Shown: in pieces, positions 13,716 through 26,387 of the stretch | How positions within the stretch are numbered: position 1 is the first letter of the stretch | How the letters are laid out: each line of letters opens with the position of its first letter | Assembly (NCBI GenBank): GCA_039621445.1 | Contig: CP154954.1 | Span: 28,514,417-28,578,416 of the forward strand | Length of the DNA: 64,000 bases | Reading direction: 5' to 3' | DNA from: Euglena gracilis | Taxonomy: Eukaryota | Translations under genes and position numbers: made by a program | The notes under the pieces: model-generated | What the model saw: only the letters and a program-made list of their open reading frames with translations | Told to the model about the DNA's origin: nothing | Databases searched by the model: none

Positions 13716-13840
13716 CAGGGGTTTTCTTAAGGACCCCCGGGGGGGGGTCCAGCTGGCAAAAAGGCTGCTGGCTGGAAATGAGCTGCTGGCTGGACCCCTC
13801 TGGGGGGGATAGGGGGGGAGGGGGGATCCGGGGCTGGAAT
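13716..13840. mobile_element. One end of a CAGGG-terminated MITE related to 56870-57352
   Basis: CAGGGGTTTTCTTAAGGACCCCCGGGGGGGGTCCAGC..GGCAAAAAGGCTGCTGG matches the reverse complement of ~57270-57352. Confidence 0.65.
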
Positions 13841-16800
13841 TTGTGAAATATCCTCCACATTTTTTATATTGCCACATGAAACACAACACCTGCCTTTTCT
13901 TGGCTCTGGAAGAAAAGGTTCGGGCAAGGGTTTTGAAGGGGTGCTGTTTGCAATGTGCGACAAAGAACGGTGGCTAATAAATATAAACCCCCCACCAAAT
14001 ATAAAGCCGGGGGGGGGGGCTTTACATTTGGACAGGATTTCAATACCCTCAGGGAGGGCTTCATATTTGGGGGGGCTTTATATTTGGGGGGGAATCAAAC
14101 TTTTTTGGGTGGCCTCTATGACCTTCAACGGCCTTCGATTGTGGCCAAATACCAATTTTATGCCATATTTTCGTTGTGTACCTCCAATTTTTCGCAGAAA
14201 TGTGCAATTCTTATCCCAAATGCAGCATCTTGGAGAGGAAAATATTGCCACCCAAAAATTCAAACTTTGTTTGAAATGCCCAGCGTCTGGCTGTCAGGGG
14301 GGCTTTACATTTTGGCGGCAAACCAAACCCTGGGGGGGCTTTATATTGTTACTTTGTTTTCCGTTATATTTGTGTTGGCTTCTAACAATTTTTGGAACCG
14401 TTTTTCAAACCCCATAACCCCCCCTTAGTAAAGGCCCCCCACCCACCCCCATACAACCCCCCCGTTTCGATCCAACGTCCGAATAGTGACCCCCTGTTTC
14501 TCGAGGTATGAAAATAAATGCTTGCTGGATTTTCTCATTGTATACAACCCGGGGCATGTTAATTTGTACAAACCTTTTTTTTCTTTTCTGAAATGCCTCT
14601 GTTTTCTTTCGACAAGAACCCCACTTTTTTTAACCATTAAAGCTCCTTTTTACCGCCTCAAGGCTTTTTTCACTTTAGCTTTCATATTTGCTCATTTTAA
14701 TCCTTTTTTTTTTGTTTTGTTTTCACCTCCTCGATTACCAAATATGATTTTTACATGCCATTTTCAGTTGGTTACCTCCAATTTTTCGCAGAAATCTTTT
14801 CTTACCCAAATGCAGCATCTCTTATTGTATCCACCAAAAATTCAAACTTTTTTCAATCCCCGTCTCCCCAAAACCACAACCCCTGGGGGGGCTTTATATT
14901 TGGGGGGGTTACCTTTGTTTTACCTCCGTATTATGGTGTGCTCTTCGTCCTTAACAGTTGATGTGCACGTTTGCACATACCGACCATTGTGGACGACAAA
15001 CTTTTGAAGTGTGGTGACGAAATCTGGTTTTTGGTAAAGCGAAATGTAAAGAACACGCTCTATGACAGGAAAAAGTTTGTCTGCTCCATAGGCAGGTTTC
15101 AATGTCTTATTTCCAACCCGCACAACCAATCGTTTTCACGTCATCAGTTTGGAAGTTGCGCAGGAGGAATTGATGGCGCGCAACCCCCCGTGATTGCTGG
15201 ACACTTTCATCAAAAATAACGACTTCCAAAATTGCAAAATTACGCATGTGTAATCTTCCTGATGCCTCGGCCGGGAATTGTTTTTCCATTCTTACCACAC
15301 GGATGCCTCGTTTTTCCCTCAGAAAACATGCAGCACACCAGTTTTTGTACACAACATCAGGGTGCCGAGGCCCAATACTTTCACGCAACTCAACCAGGTG
15401 TAAACATTAAATATTCTCTCCCTCCAAAACAGTGAGCTTTGTGGCCACATTTAAGACGCTCCCATTTACTATTGTTTCCATCGACCCGCAGCATGCCCGC
15501 CCCCCGTCCCGGTTGTGGGGGATGAACCAGGGGGGTTAATGACAGCCTTGTGGATGCTTAAATGCAACCACCTATCATCACCTGATGTGACTTTTGCAGC
15601 AAAACACAAGCCATGGGGCAAGTGGTGGGGGTTTTCGAGGGCCACCCCTTGCCCAAGCGGCGCCGTTACACGTGTGCCACGACGTGCCAGCGGCGGACCA
15701 TCTACTAGAGGTCTGCAGTCTCCAAATGGACCTGGACCTGTCACTGGGCAAGAATCGGCCCTGAAAAAAGCTCGTGGTGGAGGTGTGTGGCAGCTGAAAT
15801 TGCACACCGAAGCAGCCACTGCTGGTGATGTCTGGGGTCGTGTTTGATGTGTTGTCCGAAATTTTGCTATCGTGGTCGGTGTGCACATCGTGGTGTCACC
15901 ATTTTGCACTCCGACGACGTCCATCTTTATGCCCGTGGTCGGTTTGTGAAAATGTGTCACGCCGACCATGTGCGCATTTGCGCAAACCGACCACTTTTTT
16001 CATTCCGACCTGGTACTTGGTACATATGTTTTTTTCATTGCATTTCTGTCTGTTTTCAGAGCAATCGTCGTAGGCCCTTCCAGCTATTGTTGTGTCAAAA
16101 GACTCAAGGCAGCGAGGCCTGTTTATGTGCCATGATACTTGTTCGCATCCCTTTCACAAATACACATGGGGTCGGTTTGCGCAAATGCGCACACATTGAC
16201 GGTGTGCGCATTTGCACAAAGCGACCCCATCTTCTGTCCCAAACTCATTGGTATTTGTCGCACCGCATTCAGCAAAACGAATTCTGTGGTGTTTATGGTC
16301 GTTCTTCAGGGGAACCATTGAATGGTCGATGTGCGAAATTGCGCACATCGACATTATTCCTTTTCTAAATATGGCTGTAATATATCACTCCATTGAAATT
16401 TGTGTGATACCCTCTCCCGTTTCATCACGACACAATTTGGCGGGACATATCCCCACTGTAAGTTCGGTGAGGACGTGCGACCCTTCCCTCCCCTTAAAAC
16501 CACTTTCCCTTCACCTGCAAAATCCCCAGGCAACCTTCCCCAGGCACACCTTCCTTTCTGTGTCCCTGTCCAGTGACGCGATTAGACCCACCCTAACCCC
16601 CCCCATCCTTGTTCCCCGCCCTCCGGCAAACATCCAAGAACACAAGACCGAGGCTTGCAAAAACAAAACAGTGCGCCAAAACCCCCAGAGAGAGCCAGCC
16701 AGGGCCACCAACAACCGGCGAGCAGAGCCGCATCGCACAAAATGGGGGGTTGCAGTACCGGGGTTTTGGTGTTTTCGTCGGTGTTTCTTCACTTTGGGGG

Positions 16801-17097
16801 GATAGGTCCGGGGGTCTTCGCGCAATTCCGACTTCAAAAAAAAAAACGGCAAAAAAATATGCAATTCCCCGGAGAGCCGGTGCCCAAAAATGAGAAATCG
16901 CCCGTATTTTGTCCAATCTTGCTCCCTCTCGTTCTCGCCCCTTGTTATGCCGGCGCCCAAATCAAAATTTGGTCGATGTGCGAAAATGCGCACATCGACC
17001 AAAAAAAGCTTAAGTGCGAGATGGGCAACCAGTGAAGTTGGGTGGCGGCCCATCTCGCACGGCGCGGTGGGCCTTTTGCGTGTTGGGGCGGCGCACA

Positions 17098-17241
17098 CCC
17101 CCGCGCCGCCAGCCGGGCCACCGCCCCCACGATGTCCGTGAGGATGTTCACGATGATGACGGCTGCGTCGGAGTTGCTCTTGAGCAGCTGCCCCGCGGTG
17201 TAGCTGATGTCGTTCTGCCCGATGAAGACGACGAAGCAGCT
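17098..17241 (-). CDS. GDSL/SGNH lipase-esterase, exon with block III (3' boundary approximate)
   Basis: SCFVVFIGQNDISYTAGQLLKSNSDAAVIIVNILTDIVGAVARLAARG; the GxND motif followed by L...G is typical of the family. Confidence 0.8.
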
Positions 17242-18158
17242 GGCCGCACCCACGCCTTTCGCTGGACTCACCCCCTCAGTTTAGTGGGGAGGAAACCCTT
17301 TCCTGAAAGGTTGCAGGGCCAAGTGAACAAGCCTGACCCCCGCCAAATCCAAAATTGACCGACATGTGCTTTTGGGACACTGTTTTGGCGAAAATTGTGG
17401 CCCAAAAAATCCTGCCCAACTTTGACCTCATAAGGGTTGACCCCTGGACCAGACAGGGTCGGGAAGGTGCAAGGTCGTCAACGTTCCTCGTCTTTGGATT
17501 GCACATTACTGACAGCGACTGGAGTGTGACCAGGATGGAATTCTGAAGGCCATGGGATGAATGGACTGACGTAAAAGATGTCATTTCGCATGCAATGCAA
17601 GGCTGTTCCTCCGTGAGGTTGTGGGGAACTTCTAATTGAATGAGTGCGTACACCCCGCGCCCAACAAACACCCTGGTTGTTCCAACAAACACCCCTGTTC
17701 GCAGCCATGAGTGGAATGCGGCCTTTTTTGGAGACCGCTGTCCAATAAAACCCCACCGCAATTTTTGTCACCTTAGTGAAACCGGGGGGAGGGGAGCTTA
17801 TACGATCAACTTAGAATTTCCCTAGCCCTTGAAAATTCTTGAGCATAGCCTCATCGTATTAATCTGACCCCCCCCCCAGGACTGCGACCTGACCGGTCGG
17901 CTGGGTGGTTGGGTGGCACGGCACCAAATGCCCAAATCCAACCCATGGCGGTCCAAGTTACACACCTGTGGGCAGACCGGCGCACAATACCAGAAGTGGG
18001 ATGCCCAATGGGAAGAGAGGAATTGCAATCACCCCAAATAACCCGGCAGGGTGCCAGGAGACCGGAACCAACTTTTTCGCCCCCCCCCCCCCCCGCCTCG
18101 AGGTGCCAGGGTTACAGCCCCAGCTGTCCGGGCAGGCGGTGAAAGAGGCGGGGTGACT

Positions 18159-18494
18159 GGAGTTCAAGTCCGGGGGGCTGGCAGACAGGTACTGCTGCAG
18201 CTGGCCGGAGAGGGCTCGGCGGGGGTTGGGGACGGCGCGGCTGACGGCACATCGCGGGGAGGGGGGGCCCAGCAGACACCTCACCCAGAGCTGGGCAGTA
18301 CTGACCCGGCACCAGGAAAAAAAGAGCGGTGGTGAAGCAGCTGACAGGGACACGGCCGTGTTCTCGGGCAGGAGGGCCTGGCATGATCCGCTGAAGCCGC
18401 AGCCAACGGGTCGGCGGAGGGAGGGGGAGGGGGTCGGTCCCAGCCCAAGGGCTGTGCCTGAGCGGCGCCGTGGCGGAGATGGCGGCGGAGGCGT
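18159..18494 (-). CDS. GDSL lipase internal exon(s); internal structure unresolved (short introns or indel errors likely)
   Basis: Starts in frame (Y)ASAAISATAP after a paired intron end and finishes ...RALSGQLQQYLSASPPDLNS in a different frame. Confidence 0.55.
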
Positions 18495-18779
18495 GCGGCC
18501 AGGGTGATCCTTGGCGAGGGAAACCCCTGTTTCAGCACATTCCAAAGCGGCGGGGAAATCGACCTTTCCTCGGCGAAAGCAGGTCGACAACAGGGTTGGT
18601 TTATCGCATCTTCGTGCCATCGCCCATCCAAAAGAAAATTTTTTTTCACTTTTTCTTTTCGTTTTCGACCCCGTTCGGGCCCCACACCAGCTGTTGGCCG
18701 GCTTTCGAGGGCGGTCCTCAAGGGTGGTCCGCAAGGGCGGCCATCAATAATAATAAAAACCTGAAGACCCACCCTGCGC

Positions 18780-18847
18780 ACTGCACGGTGGCGGTGGCCC
18801 CGGCCAGGGCGAGGTCCGTCAGCATGGGCAGGTCGGCGTACTCCACC
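18780..18847 (-). CDS. GDSL lipase exon 3 (block II)
   Basis: (W)VEYADLPMLTDLALAGATATVQ; joins exon 2 in frame to give SNGKLWVEY. Confidence 0.8.
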
Positions 18848-19466
18848 GGTGGCAGGGAGCCCCGACGCCCCAGCGGTGCGGGGCTGACCCAACCCTCCCC
18901 AAAAAAGTGTCTCACACCCCTGAGCTGGATGCAGAACTCAAGCGTGTTTTATTTATTTTATTTTATTGATTTCATTGATTTTATTTGTTTGCTCTTTAAA
19001 ATTACCACAAACAAACAAGGGTCAAGGTTGGAGGGAATGCCTCTTTTTCTTTTTTTTGACCGATCATTGTTCTTTCTCAAAAAGGAAGTTTGGACGACAC
19101 CCGGGAAAATGTAAACCAGCTGGAGTCAACAGACCACCATTGGCAGAGGTTGCCAGAAAAATCTTCTCAGGCTTGGGGCATAGGAACCAAACTTTCCAGT
19201 GCTATTCCGAGGGGGGAAAAGAAAATGATGCGGAATATCAGATTTTCCACTTTTAGTCAGATGTCTTCAGCGTGTTGTGGTCATTCGTAGAAAAAACTCC
19301 GGCAACCAGGCAGCCCTGGCTCTTACGGTGTGAGCACGACATTACCACCATCCAAACCTTTGGGAACATACGTTGCGGAAGAGCAGAAACGTGCACACAT
19401 TCATGTCCCCAGGCCGCTGGCAGACCCACAAGGACGCCCTCCACCCACCCCCGGGTCTCCCTGGCC

Positions 19467-19588
19467 CACAACTTGCCATTGCTCTTCCGGGCCACCGAAT
19501 ACACCCGCCCCGCGTCGATACTGCTCAGCGAGTCCCCGAACACCACCACCCGCCGGGTCGCCAGGCAGTCGTCGCCCACCCCCGAGCA
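19467..19588 (-). CDS. GDSL lipase exon 2 (block I, catalytic Ser)
   Basis: CSGVGDDCLATRRVVVFGDSLSSIDAGRVYSVARKSNGKL; contains FGDSLS. Confidence 0.85.
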
Positions 19589-20134
19589 GGCTTCTGTTTC
19601 CCAGCTGGGGAGTGTCACCCTCGCATTACGGGGTGCCTGCCTTCGGGGATGGTTTCGGGGTTGGTCATGGCTGGCCAGAGCCACACACCATGGTTGGTCA
19701 TGGCTGGCCAGAGCCACACACCATATTTCCCATGAGAATGGACCTTCTCAAGCACCCTGCGCCACCACAGAGTGGAAAAACAATATGAAAACCGGGGTGA
19801 AAAATGACACCGATATCAAAGGGACTGAAAAGGGGGCTGCTTCTTTAGTTAAATCCAGGAAACTGATCGGGCCGATAACTGTGGCGGGGAAAAGCGTGTC
19901 TGTGTGCACCACCCATACCAACGCGATCTACGGGCGGTAAAAACGGAAAGCAAAATTTAGTTTGGCAATCTAACCGTTGGTGGGTGCAGGGAGCCAGGGG
20001 TACACTGCACCACAATAACCTCCAAAGCCCGAAAAGCTGGCCCTCCTTGAAAGGGGGATCAACCCTGCCTGTCCCCCTCCCTTCTCATGCCACCCAAGTC
20101 AAGCCTTGGGGGGGCGTGCCTTCCTGAAACAGAC

Positions 20135-20212
20135 GGCTGCCCCCGAGGCCCCGGGGCAGAAGAGCACCGAAAGGAGGGCCGCCAGGAGCGCTGCGACGCC
20201 GCAGCGGCCCAT
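20135..20212 (-). CDS. GDSL lipase exon 1 (signal peptide)
   Basis: MGRCGVAALLAALLSVLFCPGASGAA; pyrimidine-rich tract + CAG 8 nt upstream of the ATG. Confidence 0.7.
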
Positions 20213-21946
20213 GGGGGGCCCTGGGGGGAACACCGCGGGGAAGAGCCCCCTCCTTCCCAATGGGGCCGCACTGAGCCGAAGGTTGTGCCCCTCCGAGTTG
20301 GGGGTCATCCAGAATTTGCTCCCAACAGGCAGCAGGCATTATTTTTTCAAGGCGCCTTGAAAACCTGAAAAAAACCCTGAAAAATCCGCAAAAAATACGC
20401 CCCGGAAAATTTTTCGAATATCGAGCAAAAAAGAACCAGCTCTTTGACTGCCCTTGGAAAATAGACACCTTATTACTTCATAAAAATTCTCAAGATGCAT
20501 ACAATACAATACATGTAGGTACAATGTCATTTGAAATAAAATGAAAAGAAAATGAGAAGAAATGTGAATAATTACCTAACAATGACAGCTTCACATTAGT
20601 GCCTGTGCCCCCCCCCAGTCATACCCATAGGAGTCCCAGCAGCCTGAACCCTTCCCACGATTGCTGTTGGGATTTGGGTTGGTTGTAGGAGTTGAGTTAG
20701 CATGGGGAGTGGTCTTGGGGGTTTAAGCTGGGTTGCAAACCCCATTTTGGCTTTAATTTGGGCCTATTTGGTGTCTGAAGCACCCTCCCCCCGGTTTGGT
20801 CAAAATTGGTGACCTGTTTGTGCAATTCTAGCTCAAAGAGGAGAAAACAAAAGCATTTATTGATATTTGTCGTTTTGCTTTGGCACCCTTACATTAATAC
20901 AAGCAGGCAACTTAGCAAACCAACCATGCCCGAAAAAACCCTTAAAACCTAAATTTTTGAAATTTTTCGCCTTCAAAAACAGTTATGCCTGACAGGCAGG
21001 GAGCCCCAGGGGGGTCAGCCCTGCCTTCAGATATACTCTCGCACCAATGCACCAAAGCCTTGCTTCGCAAGATTCTCTCTTTCAGTTGTGAGATCGGGTC
21101 TTCATGATTCATTTTCACAAATTCCTGAACTCAAAATGGTTCTGCTGTTTTATTGTTGGGACGGTTCCGTGCACTTTCTTTTGTGAAACCCTCTTTCGCC
21201 ATTGGTGGTGATGTGTGCAGCTCCATGTGCATGCACGCTTGCTGATGTCTTCCTTCAAACTTACTTGAAATCCTTGTCTCGGCTCCTTCTAAAGGGTTTA
21301 CTCAGGGCCAGGCCTTTGCCCAAGGCCCCTGGGGTCCACTGGACTGAGCTGAAGGCAGTCCACCAGCTAGAAACTCCCTCTTGGAGGCAGGGTATTGAGT
21401 GAACGGGGAGGAGGAGGGAGGGTCTCCCCCCCCCCCAGGTCGGAACCATACCACTGCTTACCAACCTCCCCTGGGGGGTTACTTTCCACTTTCAAAAACC
21501 TGTCAGTCACTTTTCGAAAACCAGTCACCCACTTCCCCCGGGGGGGGGGGGGAGGGGTTGGTCACTTTGGCCAGTCGGACAAAAATGGCCAAAAATCAAA
21601 GAATTTTGGTGGAAAATCCCCCCAAAATTGGCCTTTTGGTGCCAGGTGGTCACTTTCAGCCAATCCTGGCCGACCGCCCACTGGGTGGGGGGGTTTGGAG
21701 CCAAAAACTAGTCAATACCCACTTTTTTTTAATACCTTGCGTTGGGGGGGGGGGGCTGAAACGTTTAAAGATTTTTGTTGGTTGCTCCCCCCCCCAAAAA
21801 GCCAAAAATGGGCATTTAGGGCATTTTGGGTTGGGGGTCAAGAACTTCTCCCCAGCGCCTAACAGATCCCTGACTTTGGGCCAGCTGCAGTTCCCCCTGG
21901 AGGCACCAATATTTCTTAAGCAGAAGCCTACTCAGGGCTTCCACAT

Positions 21947-22223
21947 CAGGGTTTTTTTTTAAAACAGGGGGGGGGGGGGGGAGGGGGGTTCGGCACCCAC
22001 CCACCCACCACCAGAGGTGGGGCCCCCCAGGGGGGGGGATCCTGGGGGACCACCCACTTTTGCTCGAAAATGCTAAAAATAGCACCGTTTTCAAAATTTT
22101 CGGCGCCAAAAAAGATATACCCACCAGCCCCAACCCCCCCGGGGGGGAGGGGTCCAAGGGACCCACCCACCCTACCCCCCCCCCCAGGGGAGAGGGTCCA
22201 AGACTAAAAAAAAAAAAACCCTG
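21947..22223. mobile_element. 277 bp MITE, CAGGGTTTTT...AAAAACCCTG, perfect 8-bp TSD (hAT-like)
   Basis: TTCCACAT at 21939-21946 and 22224-22231 directly flanks the inverted termini. Confidence 0.9.
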
Positions 22224-22427
22224 TTCCACATCCAGGTGAGGACTGAAAAAAATTCCAGGAAATTATAAAAGCAAACAGACAGCAGAAAAAGAGTGTGGAA
22301 AGAAGAAGAAAAGTGCTGTGCGAGGGGGCAAATAGGCGTAATGTACACCAGAAAAATGGACGTTTGTGCACCTGCACTCAATGCAGTTGAGAGCACAATT
22401 GAGAGGTTGAGCACGTCGCGGCGGGCG

Positions 22428-22568
22428 TCACAGGCCCAGGAATTGGATGTAGCGCTGGAGGTCGGCGGGCGTCTGGGGCACGATGTGGGCGGGGGCGTCG
22501 TGCACCCACCGCTCTGCTGCTGGCCCGTAGCAGTCCGCCACCCGCTGGGCCATCGCCCCCGGGTTGAC
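22428..22568 (-). CDS. FSH1/OVCA2-family serine hydrolase, last exon (catalytic His)
   Basis: VNPGAMAQRVADCYGPAAERWVHDAPAHIVPQTPADLQRYIQFLGL*; preceded by a CTGCAG acceptor. Confidence 0.82.
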   Translation of the reverse strand, partial: VNPGAMAQRVADCYGPAAERWVHDAPAHIVPQTPADLQRYIQFLGL

Positions 22569-22959
22569 CTGCAGGTACGTTGCAGAGAAAGAGCCCACGA
22601 CAGGTGGGGGGGGGGGGGTGGCCTGCAAAGCCTTCACCTGATTGTTGTGAAGGACCGCGGACACGGAGACCCCTTTTCCGCCCCGTCAGGCATGCGAAAA
22701 AAGCAGCAAAATGGGCGCGGACGCGGTGACCCCTTTTCCGCCGCGGCCGCCGTGCAAAAAAAAGCAGCATTTACCGCCCGGAGGCGCAAAAAACCACGTC
22801 TGTGACGAACGCCCAGAAAACGATGCACGATGCCTCACTCTCCCAGCATGCGGTCGCGGTCGCATTAGCACTGTGGGTGCCACTGCTGCCACAATGGCAT
22901 GTTGTCCTCACCACACCGCCAAACCTTCGCGCATCCAACAGGGCGGGGCTGGGAGATAC

Positions 22960-23007
22960 CGGATCCTGCAGGGAGTACACATGCAGCGTCCTCAGGGAAC
23001 CGCCTTC
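22960..23007 (-). CDS. FSH1-family hydrolase exon (catalytic Asp)
   Basis: EGGSLRTLHVYSLQDP followed by a GTATCT donor; in frame with the last exon. Confidence 0.78.
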
Positions 23008-23493
23008 ATGGCTGACGGAGAATGCGAAGTGTGCGCAAGAAAGGTGCGGTGGGCAGCTGTTTGCAACGATTATAAGCCTGGTGTGAAAAAGGACCCTGGG
23101 AATGCCATACAGGGAAATTCTTAACCCCCCACCATGAGTTAACCCCCAGGGGGGTCCAGCCAACCAGCTGGGAAAAGGTATTAAATGGGGGTAACCCTTC
23201 GGATCCCAACAAGATCCCAAAAAAACGCAAATTTCAACATAAACGCCAACGCAGATCCCAACACAAATTTCAACACAAATCCCAACACAAATCACAACAC
23301 AGATTTCATCACAAATACCAACGCAAATCCCAACCGGCCAAAACAGAATGGCGAACAATTCAGGAAGAACAAATAATTGTGTTTATTTAGAATTTTTTGC
23401 CTGTCAAGTTTATCGTCATCAAAACAGGTGAAAAGAAAGGGGGTCTGCAGGACAAAGCGGTTAGGTCAGTCAACCCTGGCCTTCCTTCAGCAC

Positions 23494-23578
23494 ATCCCCC
23501 AGGTCGGCCACGCCTGTCACCGTGTCACCATATGGATTGGGCCATGCCGATCCAAACAGCATCGCTCGGGTTGGTTTT
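23494..23578 (-). CDS. FSH1-family hydrolase exon
   Basis: (V)KPTRAMLFGSAWPNPYGDTVTGVADLGD; both flanking introns have base-paired ends and preserve frame. Confidence 0.7.
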
Positions 23579-24129
23579 AGTGCCAGGGCTTTATTTGCAC
23601 ATTTGATTGGGCAGGGTTCGATATAAGGAGGGTGTCCCTCCCCAAACCGGTGGGGGGTCCGGACCAACCCAGGGGGGAGGGGGATGGACCCCACCCAAAA
23701 AGGTCAAAATTTTCCTTCCGGCGCTTTTTGCTTTTTCTTTTTGAGAATTTTTTGCCCAAAAAGTGCACAAAATGGCACTTTTGGCTGCAAACTCTCGCAC
23801 CCGAAATGGAACCTCAGATGTGCTTCCAAGAAGCTTTAAAAATGTCGAATTTGAGCAGGGAAGCAACAAATTTAGCTGCAAAAAAGGACAACTAAACCCC
23901 CCAATTTTTTAAACGGCCTAAGGGGCTTTGAATTGACCGCCAAACATGGGCTCATCTCTGCATAGAAATCATTGATAGGAAAAACCTCAGGTGGTATCAG
24001 AACCAAAAATCAATTTTGTTGTGTTTTGCTTAACTGCATATTTTCTGTCAAAAAATCCTGTCCAGCAATAAAATGAAACTCAAATTAACGCAATCCACCA
24101 AAAAAGAATCACATAAATTGTTAAGAACA

Positions 24130-24417
24130 CGCACACACACACACACACATACATATATACATATGCACATGCGTACATACACACATACATACACTACATA
24201 CATACATACATACATACATATACATACATACATACATACATACATACATACATACATACATACATACATACATACATACATACATACATACATACATACA
24301 TACATACATACATACATACATACATACATACATACATACATACATACATACATACATACATACATACATACATACATACATACATCACTTACATAAGTAC
24401 ATACATGAACAACAATG

Positions 24418-24448
<31 letters not shown>

Positions 24449-24450
24449 CG
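24130..24450. repeat. (TACA)n microsatellite followed by (CAA)n
   Basis: Directly visible. Confidence 0.97.
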
Positions 24451-24524
24451 AATTTTTTTTGCTTTTTGAATAACCTTTTCTGTGTGCGTTGTCAGGCTCC
24501 GAAAACAACAAAAGTGTATTATAT

Positions 24525-26385
24525 TAGGATAGGAGGACAAATGATGGAATAGGTCCCAGGACTCGACGACACACCTAGGTATGGTGAACTGGTGGTACCC
24601 CCGGGGTCCCTTCCGACTTAGAAAAATTTTCACCGCGGGGGCCATTTTGGGGTCAAAAAATCGATTTTTCCAAAATATCTCGAAACCCGTGGGGAACTGA
24701 AGGAAACACCCCCCGGGCAAAATTGAAGCCCCTGGGACCCCCCAACCACTGGTGGAGACCCGGGGGTCCGGCTGTCCGGCTTGGCCCAGATACGGGCCGT
24801 CCAAGGTCCAAAAAAAGGGGGCCCCAGGGGGGGACGGGCATTTTTGGCCATTTTGGGGTCAAAAAATCGATTTTTTGAAAATTACCCAAAACGGATGGGG
24901 AACTGCACGGACCCACCCGGGGACCCAAACCAACCACGGGGGACCCCCAAGTGGCCTGTATACACCCCACATACCCCCGGCCCGTCCGGACCCCTTTTGG
25001 GGGGCCTGTACGGGGCCCCCCAAAAGGGGTTCCCACGGGACTTGGCCGTTTTTCAGCCTTCCGGGGGCCAAAAAATCGATTTTTGAAATTTTCCCAAAAC
25101 AGATGGGGAACTGCACGGACCCACCCGGGGACCCAAAACAACCATGGGGGACCCCCAAGTGGCCTGTATACACCCCACATACCCCCGGCCTGTCCGGACC
25201 GTTTTGGGGCCCGTAAGGGTCCCCCCAAAAGGGGTTCCCACGGGACTTCGCCGTTTTTCAGCCTTCCGGGGGCCAAAAAATCGATTTTTTGAAATTTTCC
25301 GAAAACCGATGGGGGACTGCACGGACCCACCCGGGGACCCAAACCAACCAGGGGGGACCCCCAAGTGGCCTGTATACACCCCAAATACCCCCGGCCCGTC
25401 CGGACCCTTTTGGGGCCCGTACGGGGCCCCCCAAAAGGGGTTCCCACAGGACTTAGCCGTTTTTTGGTCTTCCGGGGGGCAAAAAATCGATTTTTTTGAA
25501 AATTTCCCAAAACCGATGGGGAACTGCTCGGACCACCCGGGGACCCAAACCAACCGGGCCGGGCCGTGCCAGGCCGGGTCAGGCCACCGGACCGCCGGCC
25601 GTTCCGGGCCAGGCCCCCGGGCCACCGGGCCGGGCCGGGCCGGGCCGGGCCGCCAGGGTGCCGGCCGGGCCCGCTGGGTGTGCCGCTGGGCCAGGCCGGG
25701 CCGCTGGGCCAGGACGGGCCGCTGGACCGGCCGTGCCGGACCTTCCCCCCGGGCCGGGCCGGGCCGCCGACCAAGCCGGGCCATGACGCCGGGCTGCCGG
25801 CCGTGCCGGGCCGTGCTGCCGGGCCGGGCCAGGCTGGGTCTGGCCGGCGGGCCGCTGCCTGTGCCGCCGGGCCGAGCCGGGCTAGGCCGCTGGGCCGCAG
25901 GGCCGGACCGGGCCGGGCCGCTGGGTCGCCGGCCGGGCCAGGCCGAGACACGCCGGGTCAGGCCGGCGGGCCGCTGGCTCTGCCGCCGGGCCGTGCCGGG
26001 CCAGAGGGCCGGGCCTGGCCGGGCCAGGCCAGGTCAAGCCGCCGGGCCGTGCCGGGCCGGGCCAGGCCGGCGGGCCGCTGGCTGTGCCGACGGGCCGCGC
26101 GGGGCCGGGCCGGTCTGGGCCACCGGGCCGCTGGGTCAAGCCACCGGGCCGCTGGGTCAAGCCACCGGGCTGCCGGCTGTGCCGGGCCGGGCCGCTGGGT
26201 CGCCGGCCGGACCGGGCTGGGTCAGACCACCGGGCAGGCCATAAGCAAATCCATAATTCAAAAGGCCTTTGCTTCCGGCCTGAAAAGCAGATTGATGGGA
26301 AAATTGCGTCCGCAATGCTCACCACGCTTTTGGGAGAGGGGGGGAGTGAGCGAAGCTCACGCGCGTAGCGAAGCTAGCACCTACT
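24525..26385. mobile_element. Non-coding repeat element with ~210 bp internal tandem units, CCGGG-rich tract and terminal GCGAAGC hairpins (boundaries approximate)
   Basis: ACTGCACGGACCCACCCGGGGACCCAAA-type unit at ~24902, 25110, 25316 and 25522; CCGGG tract 25550-26240; GTGAGCGAAGCTCAC and TAGCGAAGCTA at 26346-26376. Confidence 0.6.
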
Positions 26386-26387
26386 TG

